Shown here: positions 35,874-46,598 of the stretch, piece after piece
Layout: every line of letters starts with the position of its first letter
Position numbering within the stretch: position 1 is the stretch's first letter
NCBI RefSeq assembly: GCF_988243305.1
Contig: NZ_OZ547136.1
Strand: one strand, 5' to 3'
Length of the DNA stretch: 64,000 nt
The notes under the pieces: generated by a model
What the model was told of the DNA's origin: nothing
Seen by the model: the letters and a program-made list of their open reading frames with translations, nothing else
The model's database searches: none
Position numbers and translations under genes: made by a program

Positions 35874-37306
35874 TATCTGATAACAAAGTTACCTATCATG
35901 AGGTTGACTTCCTGCTGCCAGCACAGAGGTTTAACATTCAGTTTTCCTATGTTTCCCAGAAGGGGCTGCCATTTATCCGGGAGTTTGTGCTGAGACTTGT
36001 TCATGTAGCTTCGATGAGCAAAGCACAAATAGCAACCTATTTCGGCCTGACCCACCGTGAGACAGAGGAGGCGATTTCCGATCTTGTGCAGCGTGGCGAA
36101 TTGACGCTCTCCTCAGACGGCAGACTGGCCTTAACAGACAAATCAAATGGCTATTTTTCAGAGGTTGGCGAGATACCGCATCTTTCAACTATTCAGGACA
36201 GTGGCTGTACCTTATCCTTTGATTTAGCCACATTTAGTTGCTTCAGCAACCAGGCTTTTCAGGACCACTGGAGGGGAGGGGTAACATTAAAGGTTGATGA
36301 CAACAACATTTCTCAAAGTGAGAAACTGGTTGAGAAGCACTTTCAATACCAGTTTAATCAAATCCTGGATAAAGGTTACCTGTCTCACCTGCAGGTTCAG
36401 GTCGGAAAAGAACAACCTTCTATCTATACCGTTAATTCTGTTAATAAGCTGCGGCAAATACCACTCCGTTTAACAACGGAATTTAAAATGGATAGCGATG
36501 GTAAGGCTGTCGAGCGTGAAGACTATGAACAGTTAAATAGTTCGGAATGTGTTCATGAGTTAATGGCTGTTGAGATAGCCAGGTTATCACGGCATAACAA
36601 TACCATGAGTATTTTTAAGGCCATGCAATCCATTAACGATGACCTTACGCTTAAGCTGTTTGACTCTAAAACGAATCGACTTAATCCGTTGTTTATCAAA
36701 GATATGCAAGCACTGGAAGAATACTCGTCCTCAGGCAGAACGACTTTTTTAGGTCCGGTTTATTCTAAAAACAACTGGGAAAAGCTGCAGAAAGCTCTGG
36801 CACCAGCGCTCAATCAGCGTATCAGAGATAAAACTGATTATGGAGGTAGCCCGTTCATCTGGGTGGCACCATCAGATCCCTACTGGTCAAAAAGCATTCG
36901 ATTTATCTCAAGCCTGAGCAATTTTCTTAGCAAGTCGGCTACGAAGGATAAGCAGCTGTATAAACCGGTGCTGTACGTACCTGTCCGGGATGCAGCTGAT
37001 GCTCGGGTTGCCAGACAGTGGAAGTATGAACTTGGGCAATTCCATGAGTACGCTAAAGGACTAGTTGAGGGGCTGTTAGATGGTAATGTTGAGATCCTTC
37101 ATCTTGAGGATGAGTTATCTGCCGTTATCTATCATATTTCTCAACCCGAAATATTGCCTGTAACGATGCCACTGGGCTTTATCACAACGAACAAAGAAAC
37201 GGTTAAGATTATTGGTACTCTGGTTACTGAATATATCAAAGGCACCACTGGTTTTGATAAGTTTCATGACTGTGGCGCAATTTCGGCAATGATTAAGAAA
37301 GGTTGA
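35870..37306 (+). CDS. Hypothetical 478-aa partner protein with possible N-terminal winged-helix region
   Basis: Start overlaps the upstream stop (ATGA); no PLD HxK(x)4D motif seen. Confidence 0.7.
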   Translation: MISDNKVTYHEVDFLLPAQRFNIQFSYVSQKGLPFIREFVLRLVHVASMSKAQIATYFGLTHRETEEAISDLVQRGELTLSSDGRLALTDKSNGYFSEVGEIPHLSTIQDSGCTLSFDLATFSCFSNQAFQDHWRGGVTLKVDDNNISQSEKLVEKHFQYQFNQILDKGYLSHLQVQVGKEQPSIYTVNSVNKLRQIPLRLTTEFKMDSDGKAVEREDYEQLNSSECVHELMAVEIARLSRHNNTMSIFKAMQSINDDLTLKLFDSKTNRLNPLFIKDMQALEEYSSSGRTTFLGPVYSKNNWEKLQKALAPALNQRIRDKTDYGGSPFIWVAPSDPYWSKSIRFISSLSNFLSKSATKDKQLYKPVLYVPVRDAADARVARQWKYELGQFHEYAKGLVEGLLDGNVEILHLEDELSAVIYHISQPEILPVTMPLGFITTNKETVKIIGTLVTEYIKGTTGFDKFHDCGAISAMIKKG

Positions 37307-37461
37307 GCTGTTGGAACAGGAGGTATGGGGCATGTTTGCGTATTTTTATGGAAAGAAATAACCCAATGACGGCGTTACTCTCCAACTGGGTTGACGCGTG
37401 CTGCCTGTTAATGGCTCCGCTGAATGATGCCCTATACCGTTATGTGATGAACACCCGCCTG

Positions 37462-37720
37462 GGAACCATCCACGGCACGTCGGTCGGCGAACTGCTGGCG
37501 TGGATCAAAGAAGATGAAAACCCTCGCAAAGGCGAGATGGTGCTGATTATTGAAGGCCATAAAGCCCAGGATGACGAACTGCCCGCCGATGCGCTGCGTA
37601 CGCTGGCGCTGTTGTAGGCTGAGCTGCCGTTGAAGCAAGCGGCGGCGTTGGCGGCAGAAATCCACGGAGTGAAGAAGAATGCGTTGTATAAGTATGCGCT
37701 GGAACAGCAGGGGGAATAAG
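37462..37720 (+). pseudogene. 3'-terminal fragment of an rsmI-like gene with an in-frame stop
   Basis: ...[77 protein letters not shown] resembles the recalled RsmI C-terminus; upstream part of ORF 37303..37617 is unrelated. Confidence 0.55.
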
Positions 37721-38218
37721 CCCCTGCTGCCGGTTTTGCCGGGTGGCGCTTGCGCCTTACCCGGTCTGCTCATTGGGACAAGCGTTTAGTTAACGGGCAC
37801 CGCCTCAAACACCAGCGTTTCCAGCGGCTGCAACGTAATCACCGTCGCGTTTTTATACTCAACGGGCACGGTTTTATTGCTGCCGTATACCGCTTTCAGA
37901 CTAAACTGCGCCACGTCTCCTGTCGGTATTTCGAAATCCTTAGCCAAATCCAGATAGTAGGCCTGTGGCTTATCCGATGGGTTGCGCAAACCGAGAATGG
38001 CTTTGTCTTTGCTCCAGGATGCCCAGCCGTACACGGCAAGCGCCGTTGGGTCGCCGCCAATCCAGTGGGTATCAACCAGCACGCTGGCATTTTCCTTCGA
38101 CCATTTTGCAGCCTTCGCCAGCGTATCCCACTTCACCTTGTTCAGCATGGACGGGGTAATATACTGAACCGCCCCGGGAATCCTGGAGACTAAACTTCCT
38201 GAGAAAGAGGTAAACAGG

Positions 38219-38545
38219 ATGACTAAAAATACTCGTTTTTCCCCCGAAGTCCGTCAACGGGCAGTCCGTATGGTTCTGGAAAGTCAGAGCGAATATGACT
38301 CACAATGGGCGACAATTTGTTCCATTGCTCCAAAGATTGGCTGTACGCCGGAGACTCTGCGTGTCTGGGTTCGCCAGCATGAGCGGGATACCGGGGGCGG
38401 TGATGGAGGGCTCACCACCGCTGAACGTCAGCGTCTGAAAGAGCTGGAACGTGAAAATCGTGAACTGCGCCGCAGTAACGATATCCTTCGCCAGGCTTCC
38501 GCTTATTTTGCGAAGGCGGAGTTCGACCGCCTCTGGAAAAAATGA
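38219..38545 (+). CDS. IS3-family transposase OrfA (copy 1)
   Basis: 108-aa HTH/leucine-zipper OrfA ([19 protein letters not shown]...). Confidence 0.85.
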   Translation: MTKNTRFSPEVRQRAVRMVLESQSEYDSQWATICSIAPKIGCTPETLRVWVRQHERDTGGGDGGLTTAERQRLKELERENRELRRSNDILRQASAYFAKAEFDRLWKK

Positions 38546-39432
38546 TGCCACTGCTGGATAAGCTGCGTGAGCAGTACGGGGTCGGACCGCTATGCAGCGA
38601 ACTGCATATTGCCCCGTCAACGTATTACCACTGTCAGCAACAGCGACATCATCCGGATAAACGCAGTGCCCGTGCGCAGCGCGATGACTGGCTGAAGAAA
38701 GAGATACAGCGCGTATACGATGAAAATCACAAGGTATACGGTGTGCGTAAAGTCTGGCGTCAGTTGTTACGGGAAGGTATCAGAGTGGCCAGATGCACTG
38801 TGGCACGTCTCATGGCGGTTATGGGACTTGCCGGTGTTCTCCGGGGTAAAAAGGTCCGTACGACCATCAGCCGGAAAGCCGTTGCCGCAGGCGACCGCGT
38901 AAACCGTCAGTTCGTGGCAGAACGACCTGACCAGCTGTGGGTGGCTGATTTTACTTACGTCAGCACATGGCGGGGCTTCGTCTATGTGGCGTTCATCATT
39001 GATGTGTTTGCCGGATACATCGTGGGGTGGCGGGTCTCATCGTCCATGGAAACGACATTCGTGCTGGATGCACTGGAGCAGGCGTTATGGGCCCGTCGAC
39101 CGTCCGGCACGGTCCATCACAGTGATAAAGGTTCTCAGTATGTATCGCTGGCCTACACACAGCGGCTTAAGGAAGCCGGATTACTGGCATCAACAGGAAG
39201 TACAGGCGACTCGTATGACAACGCGATGGCGGAGAGCATCAATGGTCTTTACAAAGCGGAGGTAATACACCGTAAGAGCTGGAAAAACCGTGCAGAAGTG
39301 GAACTGGCCACACTCACGTGGGTGGACTGGTATAACAATCGACGATTGCTGGAAAGGCTGGGCCATACTCCTCCGGCAGAAGCAGAAAAAGCTTATTATG
39401 CTTCCATCGGAAACGATGATCTGGCAGCCTGA
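38542..39432 (+). CDS. IS3-family transposase OrfB, DDE integrase core (copy 1)
   Basis: 296-aa ORF overlapping orfA, typical programmed-frameshift arrangement. Confidence 0.85.
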   Translation: MMPLLDKLREQYGVGPLCSELHIAPSTYYHCQQQRHHPDKRSARAQRDDWLKKEIQRVYDENHKVYGVRKVWRQLLREGIRVARCTVARLMAVMGLAGVLRGKKVRTTISRKAVAAGDRVNRQFVAERPDQLWVADFTYVSTWRGFVYVAFIIDVFAGYIVGWRVSSSMETTFVLDALEQALWARRPSGTVHHSDKGSQYVSLAYTQRLKEAGLLASTGSTGDSYDNAMAESINGLYKAEVIHRKSWKNRAEVELATLTWVDWYNNRRLLERLGHTPPAEAEKAYYASIGNDDLAA

Positions 39433-41001
39433 GTTCACAGATAAAACACTCTCCAGGAAACCCGGGGCGGTTCATACAGCTCCTGCAGCTGGGTGCCGGT
39501 CGCGAAGTAGCTCCAGACCTGATCGGCAAAGTCGCTGTCCGTTTGCACCTTCTCTAACCCGTAATAGGCATTCTCGGCGCTGACTATCCCGTGGTACATC
39601 AGCGAGTTCAGCGGGAACAGAGGGCCTTTACGGACAATGGAGCGGTACGTCTCGGCATCGCGGTAGGTCATCCACTGCTGCACCGGCGTACCGGAACCAT
39701 ACAGGTTGATGTCATCTCCCTGACGCCAGATAGAATCAGCGTAGAACAGCCAGGACGGGCTGGCGTCGGTGCCGGTGGTCAGGTTGATAAACAGATTCGG
39801 GGTTGCGCTGCGCATATTGTGCAGCAGGGCGATTGATGCATCGAAATCTGAGGCGAACGAGCTGCCTTTGATATGCGAACTGGCGTTACCCATCCCGTCG
39901 AGTTTAAACGAGGTGATGTGCTCGTTTTTGATAAGCTTGATGATCCGCTCATTGAAGTTTTTAAAGTAGTTCGCTCCCGACAGCGCCAGTTTGCCGTCCA
40001 CGGTTTCGAACCCATACTCTTTTGCATGCGAAACGCGAACGTCGCGCGGTTTGTTGTAGCCACCCCACGGTGAAAGCCATAGCCCAACGGAGCTGTGCAG
40101 GCTGTCGGCTTTCTCCCGTACTTTGCTAAAACCGTTTCTGAATGCCGTGCCAAATAGCCAGCGTCCGGTCAGATCGTCCCAGCCATCATCCAGCAGGAAG
40201 GCGTCCAGCGCCACGCCGCGGCCCGTAATGAACTCCTTGTTCCATTCGTCCATACGCCCCAGCACATCCTGTTCAGTGTAGGGAGTGAAAAAGCCGATAT
40301 CCATCCAGCTGTTGTAGTGCAGATAAGGCTTGTATGGGCGTGGACGTACGTCATTAATAAACTGGTTCACGCTGCGGCGCAGCTGGCTGGTTTCCGGGAA
40401 AGTGCCGAACCAGGTAGTAAAGCTGACCGGCGCCTCTGGCTGAATCGGCGTTTTCAGCTCTACGTTGAGATTGGTGGTGGCTTCATAGGCGTAGGTATTC
40501 ACGATCGGTTTATCCGGCAGGATAAAGAACGAGTCCGCAACGATCGGAGAGCTATTGATTGCGCCGTCTACGTAAGGGGCCTGAGACTGTTTTTGGGTCG
40601 GGAAGAAGGTGATTTTAGCGACGTCGCGCGGCTGCCCCACGGCGGCAATGGTGTAGCCGATGTTGGCGTATTTTCCCTTCACCAGGTTCAGCTTCACCGT
40701 GACGTTAAAATCCGGGTGCGTAAAGTCGATGACAATCGCGTTATCCTGCTTTTCGACGTGCTTGATTTTGAAATCCGCGGTGTGGATTTTACTCTCATCC
40801 GGCAGCGTCAGAAAGAACAACTCCTGCGGCGTGAGCGGATGGTTAGCCTTGTTGTCCTTCACCACGACCGTTGAGTTTGTATCATCAAACAAGAGGGCAA
40901 TATTGTCGTTATTGAGCGCGTAGTTTGCTGCCGCTGCACCATGAGAAACGCAGAGAGCCAGCAGTGAGAGAGTGAGCACTTTCTTCATCGGGGTAAGATC
41001 C

Positions 41002-42180
41002 TTATTTGTCATTTTTCAGCATTCGGTTAATGGACTGCTCCAGCCAGTAGCGCTGGGTGCCAAAATTAATCCGCAGGTAGTTTTCGCCGTTTTGTACATA
41101 GTGGCTGCCGTCTTCTATGACCACGCCTGCCTGCCGTGCGAAATGTTGGGTTAGCTGCGTTGCGCTACGCTCATCCGCGCTTACGTCTATCCACGCCAGA
41201 TACGACGATTCCGGGTTCATCATCTTCCACGCCGGGAAGTGGGTCTGGAGGGCATCCGCCAGATACCGGGCGTTGCCTTGCAGATAACCGTTCAGCGCGT
41301 CGAGCCAGGGCAGACCGTGTTGATAGGCCAGAATGATTCCCCATACCCCGAACAAATTGGGCGAGGTAATGGAGTTCTTCTCGAGCTGCTGGCGGAAGCG
41401 CTGGCGCAGCGAGTCGTCTGGAATCATGGAGTAGGAGGTTTTCAGCCCGCCCAAATTGAACGCTTTGTTGGGCGATGTGAGCACGATCAGGTTGTCCTGG
41501 GCGGCACAGCCAGAGGTGAGACAACTGGCGAATTTGCCATCCAGAATGTGTTCAGCGTGAACCTCATCGACCACCAGAATCGTGCCGTAGCGTTGACAGA
41601 GATCGGACACCTGGCGTATTTCTTTCTCGCGCCAGATCCTGCCGGACGGGTTATGTGGCGAGCAGAAGAACCACAGCGTTGGACGGTGGGTTTTGAGCTG
41701 TTCTTCTATCAGATTAAAATCAAGCTGATAGCGGTTTTCCTCCACGCGCAGCGGGTTAGCCAGTACCTGCACGCCCTGGCGCTGTGCCGCCATCGCAAAA
41801 GGATCGTAGACCGGCGTGTTCATCATCACGCTGTCACCCGGTTTGCAGAATGCCTGAACCGTGTAGTGCAGCGTGGATACGGTGCCGTAGGTCAACGTGA
41901 TCCACGACTTTTCCACCTCAACCTGATGACGTTTGCGCTGGAAGGCAATGACCGCGTCGTAGAATTCGTCAAAGCACCAGGTATAACCAAAGGTGCCGTG
42001 CTCCACGATGCGCCGGAAACCGTCAATCACCGCAGGTGGTGAGGTGAAATCCATATCGGCTATCCATAGGGGGATAAAGGACTCCGGGACGTCACCGAAA
42101 CGCGAGCAAACAAAGGTATGGTCCCATTTACGGCACTTATCATTTTGACGCTCAATGATTTTGTCGAAATCAAACATCAC
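41002..42180 (-). CDS. MalY/PatB-like PLP-dependent C-S lyase
   Basis: 392-aa ORF with aminotransferase class I/II signature (SPHNPSG ... SPNKAFN). Confidence 0.7.
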   Translation of the reverse strand: MMFDFDKIIERQNDKCRKWDHTFVCSRFGDVPESFIPLWIADMDFTSPPAVIDGFRRIVEHGTFGYTWCFDEFYDAVIAFQRKRHQVEVEKSWITLTYGTVSTLHYTVQAFCKPGDSVMMNTPVYDPFAMAAQRQGVQVLANPLRVEENRYQLDFNLIEEQLKTHRPTLWFFCSPHNPSGRIWREKEIRQVSDLCQRYGTILVVDEVHAEHILDGKFASCLTSGCAAQDNLIVLTSPNKAFNLGGLKTSYSMIPDDSLRQRFRQQLEKNSITSPNLFGVWGIILAYQHGLPWLDALNGYLQGNARYLADALQTHFPAWKMMNPESSYLAWIDVSADERSATQLTQHFARQAGVVIEDGSHYVQNGENYLRINFGTQRYWLEQSINRMLKNDK

Positions 42181-42188
42181 TCCTCCTG

Positions 42189-43796
42189 TTAAATTAAGGC
42201 TTCAATGCCGGTTTTGACGCTCTGTACCTGCGGTCCGATGATCACCTGCACGCTATGCGCATCAAGCATCACCACTGACAACGCGCCTGCCGCTTTCAGC
42301 GCCTGCTGATCGATAAGGCCCATATCTTTCACCACCAGACGCAAGCGGGTAATACAGTTATCAAGCGACTCAATGTTCTCTTTACCTCCGAGCGCACGTA
42401 GGATAAGCTCGTGATCGTATTTTGATTTTCCGCGCGCGCGGGTGTTCGCCTCGACGGCTTGCTGTGCCCCCTGAACATCCACCTCGCGGCCCGGCGTTTT
42501 GATGTTGTGTTTGAGGATGTACCAGCGGAAGACAAAGAAGTAGATGGCAAACCAGGCAATACCAACCGGGAACAGCAGATACCATTTGGTCGACATTCCC
42601 TGCATCACGCCGAAAATCAGCAGATCCAGAATGCCGCCGTCGGTATTGCCGATGGTCACTCCCAGCAGGGCCATTACCATCAGCGCCAGGCCAGACATGA
42701 CGATATGGAAGGCGTAAAGCGCGGGGGCGATAAACAGGAACAGGAACTCAATCGGCTCTGAAATACCGGTGACGACGGAAACCAGCACGCCGGAAAGCAG
42801 CAACCCCTTAATGACCGGCCGATTTTCCGGACGCGCGGTGCGGTAGATGGCGTAAGCCACGGCGGGTAAACCGAAGATAAAGGTCGGCATAAACCCTTGT
42901 GACAGAAACGCGGTAACGTGCGGGCTAAACGGCAGGCCGGCTTTGAGCTCGGCGTAGAAGATATTCAGCGCCCCGGCGACCTCATGGCCATTTACCATTT
43001 CAATGCCGCCTGCTGGGGTAAAACGCACCATCGCCAGCAGGATGTGGTGCAGACCAAAAGGTTTAAGCAGCAGCACGCCTACGCCGTAGAGGAAGGGGCC
43101 GAAAACGCTGGTGCTCTGGATAATATGCCCAATGCCCGCGATGCCCAGCGCGACGTATTCCCACAGCATGGGAATGAACAGACCCACCAGCGACAGGGTG
43201 AGCGCGGTAATAATCGGCACGAAACGAATGCCGCTAAAGAAGGCGAAGGCGTCATGCAGAACCGTGTCCTGAAAACGGTCATGCAGAAAATAGGTGATAA
43301 CCCCAACCACAATGCCACCTAATACCCCCATCTCCAGGGTTTGAATGCCCAGCACGATCGATTGTCCTACCTGTTTCATGGTGGCGGGGTCGGCAAGCTG
43401 GTGGGTAGCCGTCAGGTAATAATTAATGCTCATGTTCATCAGCATGTAGCCAACGAACCCGGCAAAGGCAGCGACCGCTTTGTTGCGCTTGGCAAGCCCC
43501 ATGGGGATCGCCATGGCAAACATCAGCGGCAGATAGGTAAAAGCAAAGCCACCGACCATAGCGATAAAGCCAAAGGTCAACTGGGTAAATTCGCCGCCCA
43601 GAAAGGGAAAACTAGTAATGGTGGAAGGGCTGGTGACTGAACTACCGATACCCAGCAGCAATCCCATAAAGGCAAGAAGCGAAACCGGGAACATAAAGGT
43701 TTTCCCCAGACTTTGTAAAAACTCCCATAATTTTGATTTAAAAGATTTTTTTTGTGTCATATAGGGCTCCTCGAATTTTAGGATAATGGAAGGCAC
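42189..43796 (-). CDS. PTS glucose/maltose-family EIICB component
   Basis: 535-aa polytopic ORF with C-terminal EIIB motif NCITRLR. Confidence 0.8.
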   Translation of the reverse strand: MPSIILKFEEPYMTQKKSFKSKLWEFLQSLGKTFMFPVSLLAFMGLLLGIGSSVTSPSTITSFPFLGGEFTQLTFGFIAMVGGFAFTYLPLMFAMAIPMGLAKRNKAVAAFAGFVGYMLMNMSINYYLTATHQLADPATMKQVGQSIVLGIQTLEMGVLGGIVVGVITYFLHDRFQDTVLHDAFAFFSGIRFVPIITALTLSLVGLFIPMLWEYVALGIAGIGHIIQSTSVFGPFLYGVGVLLLKPFGLHHILLAMVRFTPAGGIEMVNGHEVAGALNIFYAELKAGLPFSPHVTAFLSQGFMPTFIFGLPAVAYAIYRTARPENRPVIKGLLLSGVLVSVVTGISEPIEFLFLFIAPALYAFHIVMSGLALMVMALLGVTIGNTDGGILDLLIFGVMQGMSTKWYLLFPVGIAWFAIYFFVFRWYILKHNIKTPGREVDVQGAQQAVEANTRARGKSKYDHELILRALGGKENIESLDNCITRLRLVVKDMGLIDQQALKAAGALSVVMLDAHSVQVIIGPQVQSVKTGIEALI

Positions 43797-43873
43797 TACC
43801 CGGTTTAAGGACGCGCCTTCATATTTGTGGGACTTATAATTATTTTGAAATATTGAGGTAATACGCTGTTGGA

Positions 43874-44278
43874 TCAGGCCTCCGCCGGTAGCCGTAATCG
43901 ATTTGCCGAGCCGCAGACGGCGATTTTGCTTCTGACCACCTCTTTCATGGCGTCCATGCCAACCCGCATGTAAAAGCGCGGATCGTTGCTCTGCTGATTT
44001 TCAGCAAACCAAGCTTTGATAGCGTCAGAGAAGGCGATCTTCAACTCGGTTGCAACGTTGACTTTGCAGACGCCTGGCCCAATGGTGCGACGAACATACT
44101 CATCCGGCACATCGCTCGCCCCATGCAGCACAAAGCGGGCAAAACAAACGGCATAAATTCCATTTGTTTTGCCCGCTTTGTGCTGCCTCACCATTTCTGT
44201 CAGATGTTTCACTTTCCTCTCCAGTTCAGATTGCTGCGATATTAATCTTTCGTTTTGTTTCAGTTGATACTGCGTCAT
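43874..44278 (-). pseudogene. Fragment resembling the C-terminus of a class II tagatose/fructose-bisphosphate aldolase
   Basis: C-terminal portion ([11 protein letters not shown] ... [13 protein letters not shown] ...) is aldolase-like; N-terminal portion unrelated. Confidence 0.45.
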
Positions 44279-44460
44279 GGTGAGATAAAAATAAAACGAA
44301 AGATAATAGTTTTCTGATCTGATTCACAAAAGAAACATAATGAAAGTCAGTGAAACGAGAGTAGCTTGCGCCAATGGGCAAGGTGGGCTTGCATTTGCTT
44401 AATAGAAAGGCGTTAATAGGCAAAACGAAATGAAACGAAAGTTTTACGAAAGGACTTACT

Positions 44461-45285
44461 ATGAGTAATACCGACGCTTCAGGTGAGAAGCGAGTGACAG
44501 GCACCAGCGAGCGACGAGAACAGATCATTCAGCGTCTGCGACAGCAAGGGAGTGTGCAGGTTAACGATCTGTCGGCATTGTATGGCGTATCTACTGTGAC
44601 GATCCGCAACGATCTGGCGTTTCTGGAAAAGCAGGGAATCGCTGTGCGTGCCTATGGTGGCGCGTTGATCTGCGATAGCACGACGCCGTCAGTCGAGCCA
44701 TCAGTGGAAGACAAAAGCGCACTGAACACCGCGATGAAACGCAGCGTTGCGAAAGCTGCCGTTGAGTTGATTCAGCCAGGTCATCGGGTGCTCCTCGATT
44801 CCGGGACCACCACTTTTGAGATTGCTCGTCTGATGCGCAAGCACACTGACGTAATTGCGATGACCAACGGTATGAACGTGGCTAATGCGTTGCTGGAAGC
44901 GGAAGGCGTTGAGCTGCTGATGACCGGCGGGCATTTGCGCCGTCAGTCGCAATCTTTTTACGGCGATCAGGCTGAGCAATCGCTGCAAAATTACCACTTC
45001 GATATGCTGTTTCTTGGTGTAGATGCGATCGATCTGGAGCGCGGCGTCAGCACGCATAATGAAGATGAAGCCCGTTTAAACCGCCGGATGTGCGAAGTTG
45101 CGGAACGGATCATCGTGGTCACCGATTCCAGTAAGTTCAATCGTTCCAGTTTACATAAGATCATTGATACTCAACGTATCGACATGATCATTGTTGATGA
45201 AGGCATTCCTGCGGATAGTCTGGAAGGCTTGCGAAAGGCTGGGGTTGAAGTGATTCTGGTCGGGGAGCTCGCGTCTTCGCTGTGA
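44461..45285 (+). CDS. agaR: DeoR-family transcriptional repressor, AgaR-like
   Basis: 274-aa ORF with N-terminal DeoR HTH and sugar-phosphate-binding C-terminal domain; identity to AgaR is from memory. Confidence 0.7.
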   Translation: MSNTDASGEKRVTGTSERREQIIQRLRQQGSVQVNDLSALYGVSTVTIRNDLAFLEKQGIAVRAYGGALICDSTTPSVEPSVEDKSALNTAMKRSVAKAAVELIQPGHRVLLDSGTTTFEIARLMRKHTDVIAMTNGMNVANALLEAEGVELLMTGGHLRRQSQSFYGDQAEQSLQNYHFDMLFLGVDAIDLERGVSTHNEDEARLNRRMCEVAERIIVVTDSSKFNRSSLHKIIDTQRIDMIIVDEGIPADSLEGLRKAGVEVILVGELASSL

Positions 45286-45291
45286 TTCACT

Positions 45292-45320
45292 ATGCCCGAT
45301 AAACAAGCGTTATCGGGCAT
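45292..45320 (+). terminator. Hairpin downstream of the agaR-like gene
   Basis: atgcccgataa-caagcg-ttatcgggcat palindrome. Confidence 0.4.
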
Positions 45321-45347
45321 AATACAACTTAATGTATGAAGAGAATA

Positions 45348-46598
45348 TCAGGCCACCGGTGCCGGGTTAAACACTGCCAGTTGGTTATGCAATCCCCATT
45401 GATCCGAGAGGGTTTTCTTCTTCCCGCTGGCGACGTCGAGAATAAAGTGGAACAACTTCCAGCCCACCTCTTCAATGGTTTCTTCGCCGGTAGCGATAGT
45501 GCCTGCGTTAATATCCATTAAATCAAACCAGTGGTTCGCCAGCCCGGTGCGGGTCGCCATTTTAATGACGGGTACCTCCATCAGGCCGTACGGCGTACCA
45601 CGGCCGGTCGTAAACACTTGCACGGTGATACCCGAAGCCACCTGTTGCGTGCCACAGACAAAATCTCTGGCTGGCGTCGCGGCGTAAATTAATTCGCGTT
45701 TAGTCGGGTGTTGACCGGGCGACAGCACTTCAACAATTGCGGTTTTACCCGATTTAGCAATGGAGCCGAGTGCTTTCTTTACCACGTTGGCGAGGCCGCC
45801 CTTTTAGTTGCCCGGCGAAGGGTTGGCGCTGCGGTCGGTTTTGCCCATATCGGGATAGTTATCGTATCAGGCCATCTCTTCGAGCAGACGCCTGCCCACT
45901 TCTTCATTGATGGCGCGTGGCGTTAACAGATGAATGGCGTCGCGTACTTCAGTGACTTCGGAGAACATCACCGTTGCGCCGCAGCGCACCAGCAGGTCAG
46001 AGTCGTAGCCGACAGCGGGGTTAGTGGTAACGCCGGAGAACGCGTCGCTGCCACCGCACTGCATGCCCACCACCATCACTTCGCCACCGAAGTTTGGGTT
46101 CAGCGCAATATTATGGATGGTGCGAATTGGCACCACGGCGGCCGGTACATTAATCGCTACGCCACAGCCGTAGAGGTGGTTCAAGTCGACCACGCCGTCG
46201 ATGCTCAGGTATTTCGGCAGCAGGTCGCGTTCGATAATTTTAACCACGTAGTCCTCAACGTCTGCCATGCAGTGCACGCTGGTGGTAATACCCAACAGGT
46301 TTTTGGTGCCCACGCTGCCGTCGGCGTTGCGGTAACCTTCAAAGGTGTAATCTTCCTGCGGCTGCTGCGGCTCCGGCACTTTGGTCGCCCGAGGCAGGGT
46401 GTTAAGCGGCGGCGCTTTCGGTAGCGTGACCGTGGATTCGTCGATCCAGCTGCCTTTGGCGACATCGCGTACCGTGTAACCGATAGCGAATGATTTCACC
46501 ATTATGAGGAAGGTTGTTATCCCTTTTCTGGCGTATTCGTCATTCCATTCGTATCCCCGGTACCGGATGTTTATATCGTACAGTGCCGGTGCTGGCAT
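45348..46598 (-). pseudogene. garD-like galactarate/altronate dehydratase, decayed
   Basis: Two ORFs (45867..46598 and 45348..45785) match successive parts of a GarD/UxaA-family protein, with a frame break and apparent N-terminal and internal losses. Confidence 0.65.

Larger units (their letters stand above)
38165..39474 (+). mobile_element. IS629/IS1203-type IS3-family element, copy 1 (1310 bp)
   Basis: Imperfect terminal inverted repeats tgaaccgccccgggaatcc ... ggaaacccggggcggttca; orfA/orfB pair; identical to copy 2. Confidence 0.9.
37786..41012 (-). pseudogene. Secreted protein of uncertain family (possibly a glycoside hydrolase) disrupted by IS629
   Basis: N-terminal part 39475..41012 has a signal peptide (MKKVLTLSLLALCVSHGAAA); C-terminal part is ORF 37786..38148; IS629 copy 1 lies between them. 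Confidence 0.55.

Noticed and set aside
35870-37306. Partner gene as a PLD-family nuclease
   Set aside because: No HxK(x)4D motif was found on reading the 478-aa sequence.
37303-37617. 104-aa ORF as an intact gene
   Set aside because: Only the C-terminal part resembles RsmI and it ends in an in-frame stop inside the homologous region; treated as a gene fragment.
40317-40874. 185-aa plus-strand ORF inside the disrupted secreted-protein gene
   Set aside because: Antisense to the longer, signal-peptide-bearing reading frame.
41239-42042. 267-aa plus-strand ORF
   Set aside because: Antisense to the MalY-like gene, which has clear aminotransferase motifs.
45930-46424. 164-aa plus-strand ORF
   Set aside because: Antisense to the garD-like fragment.
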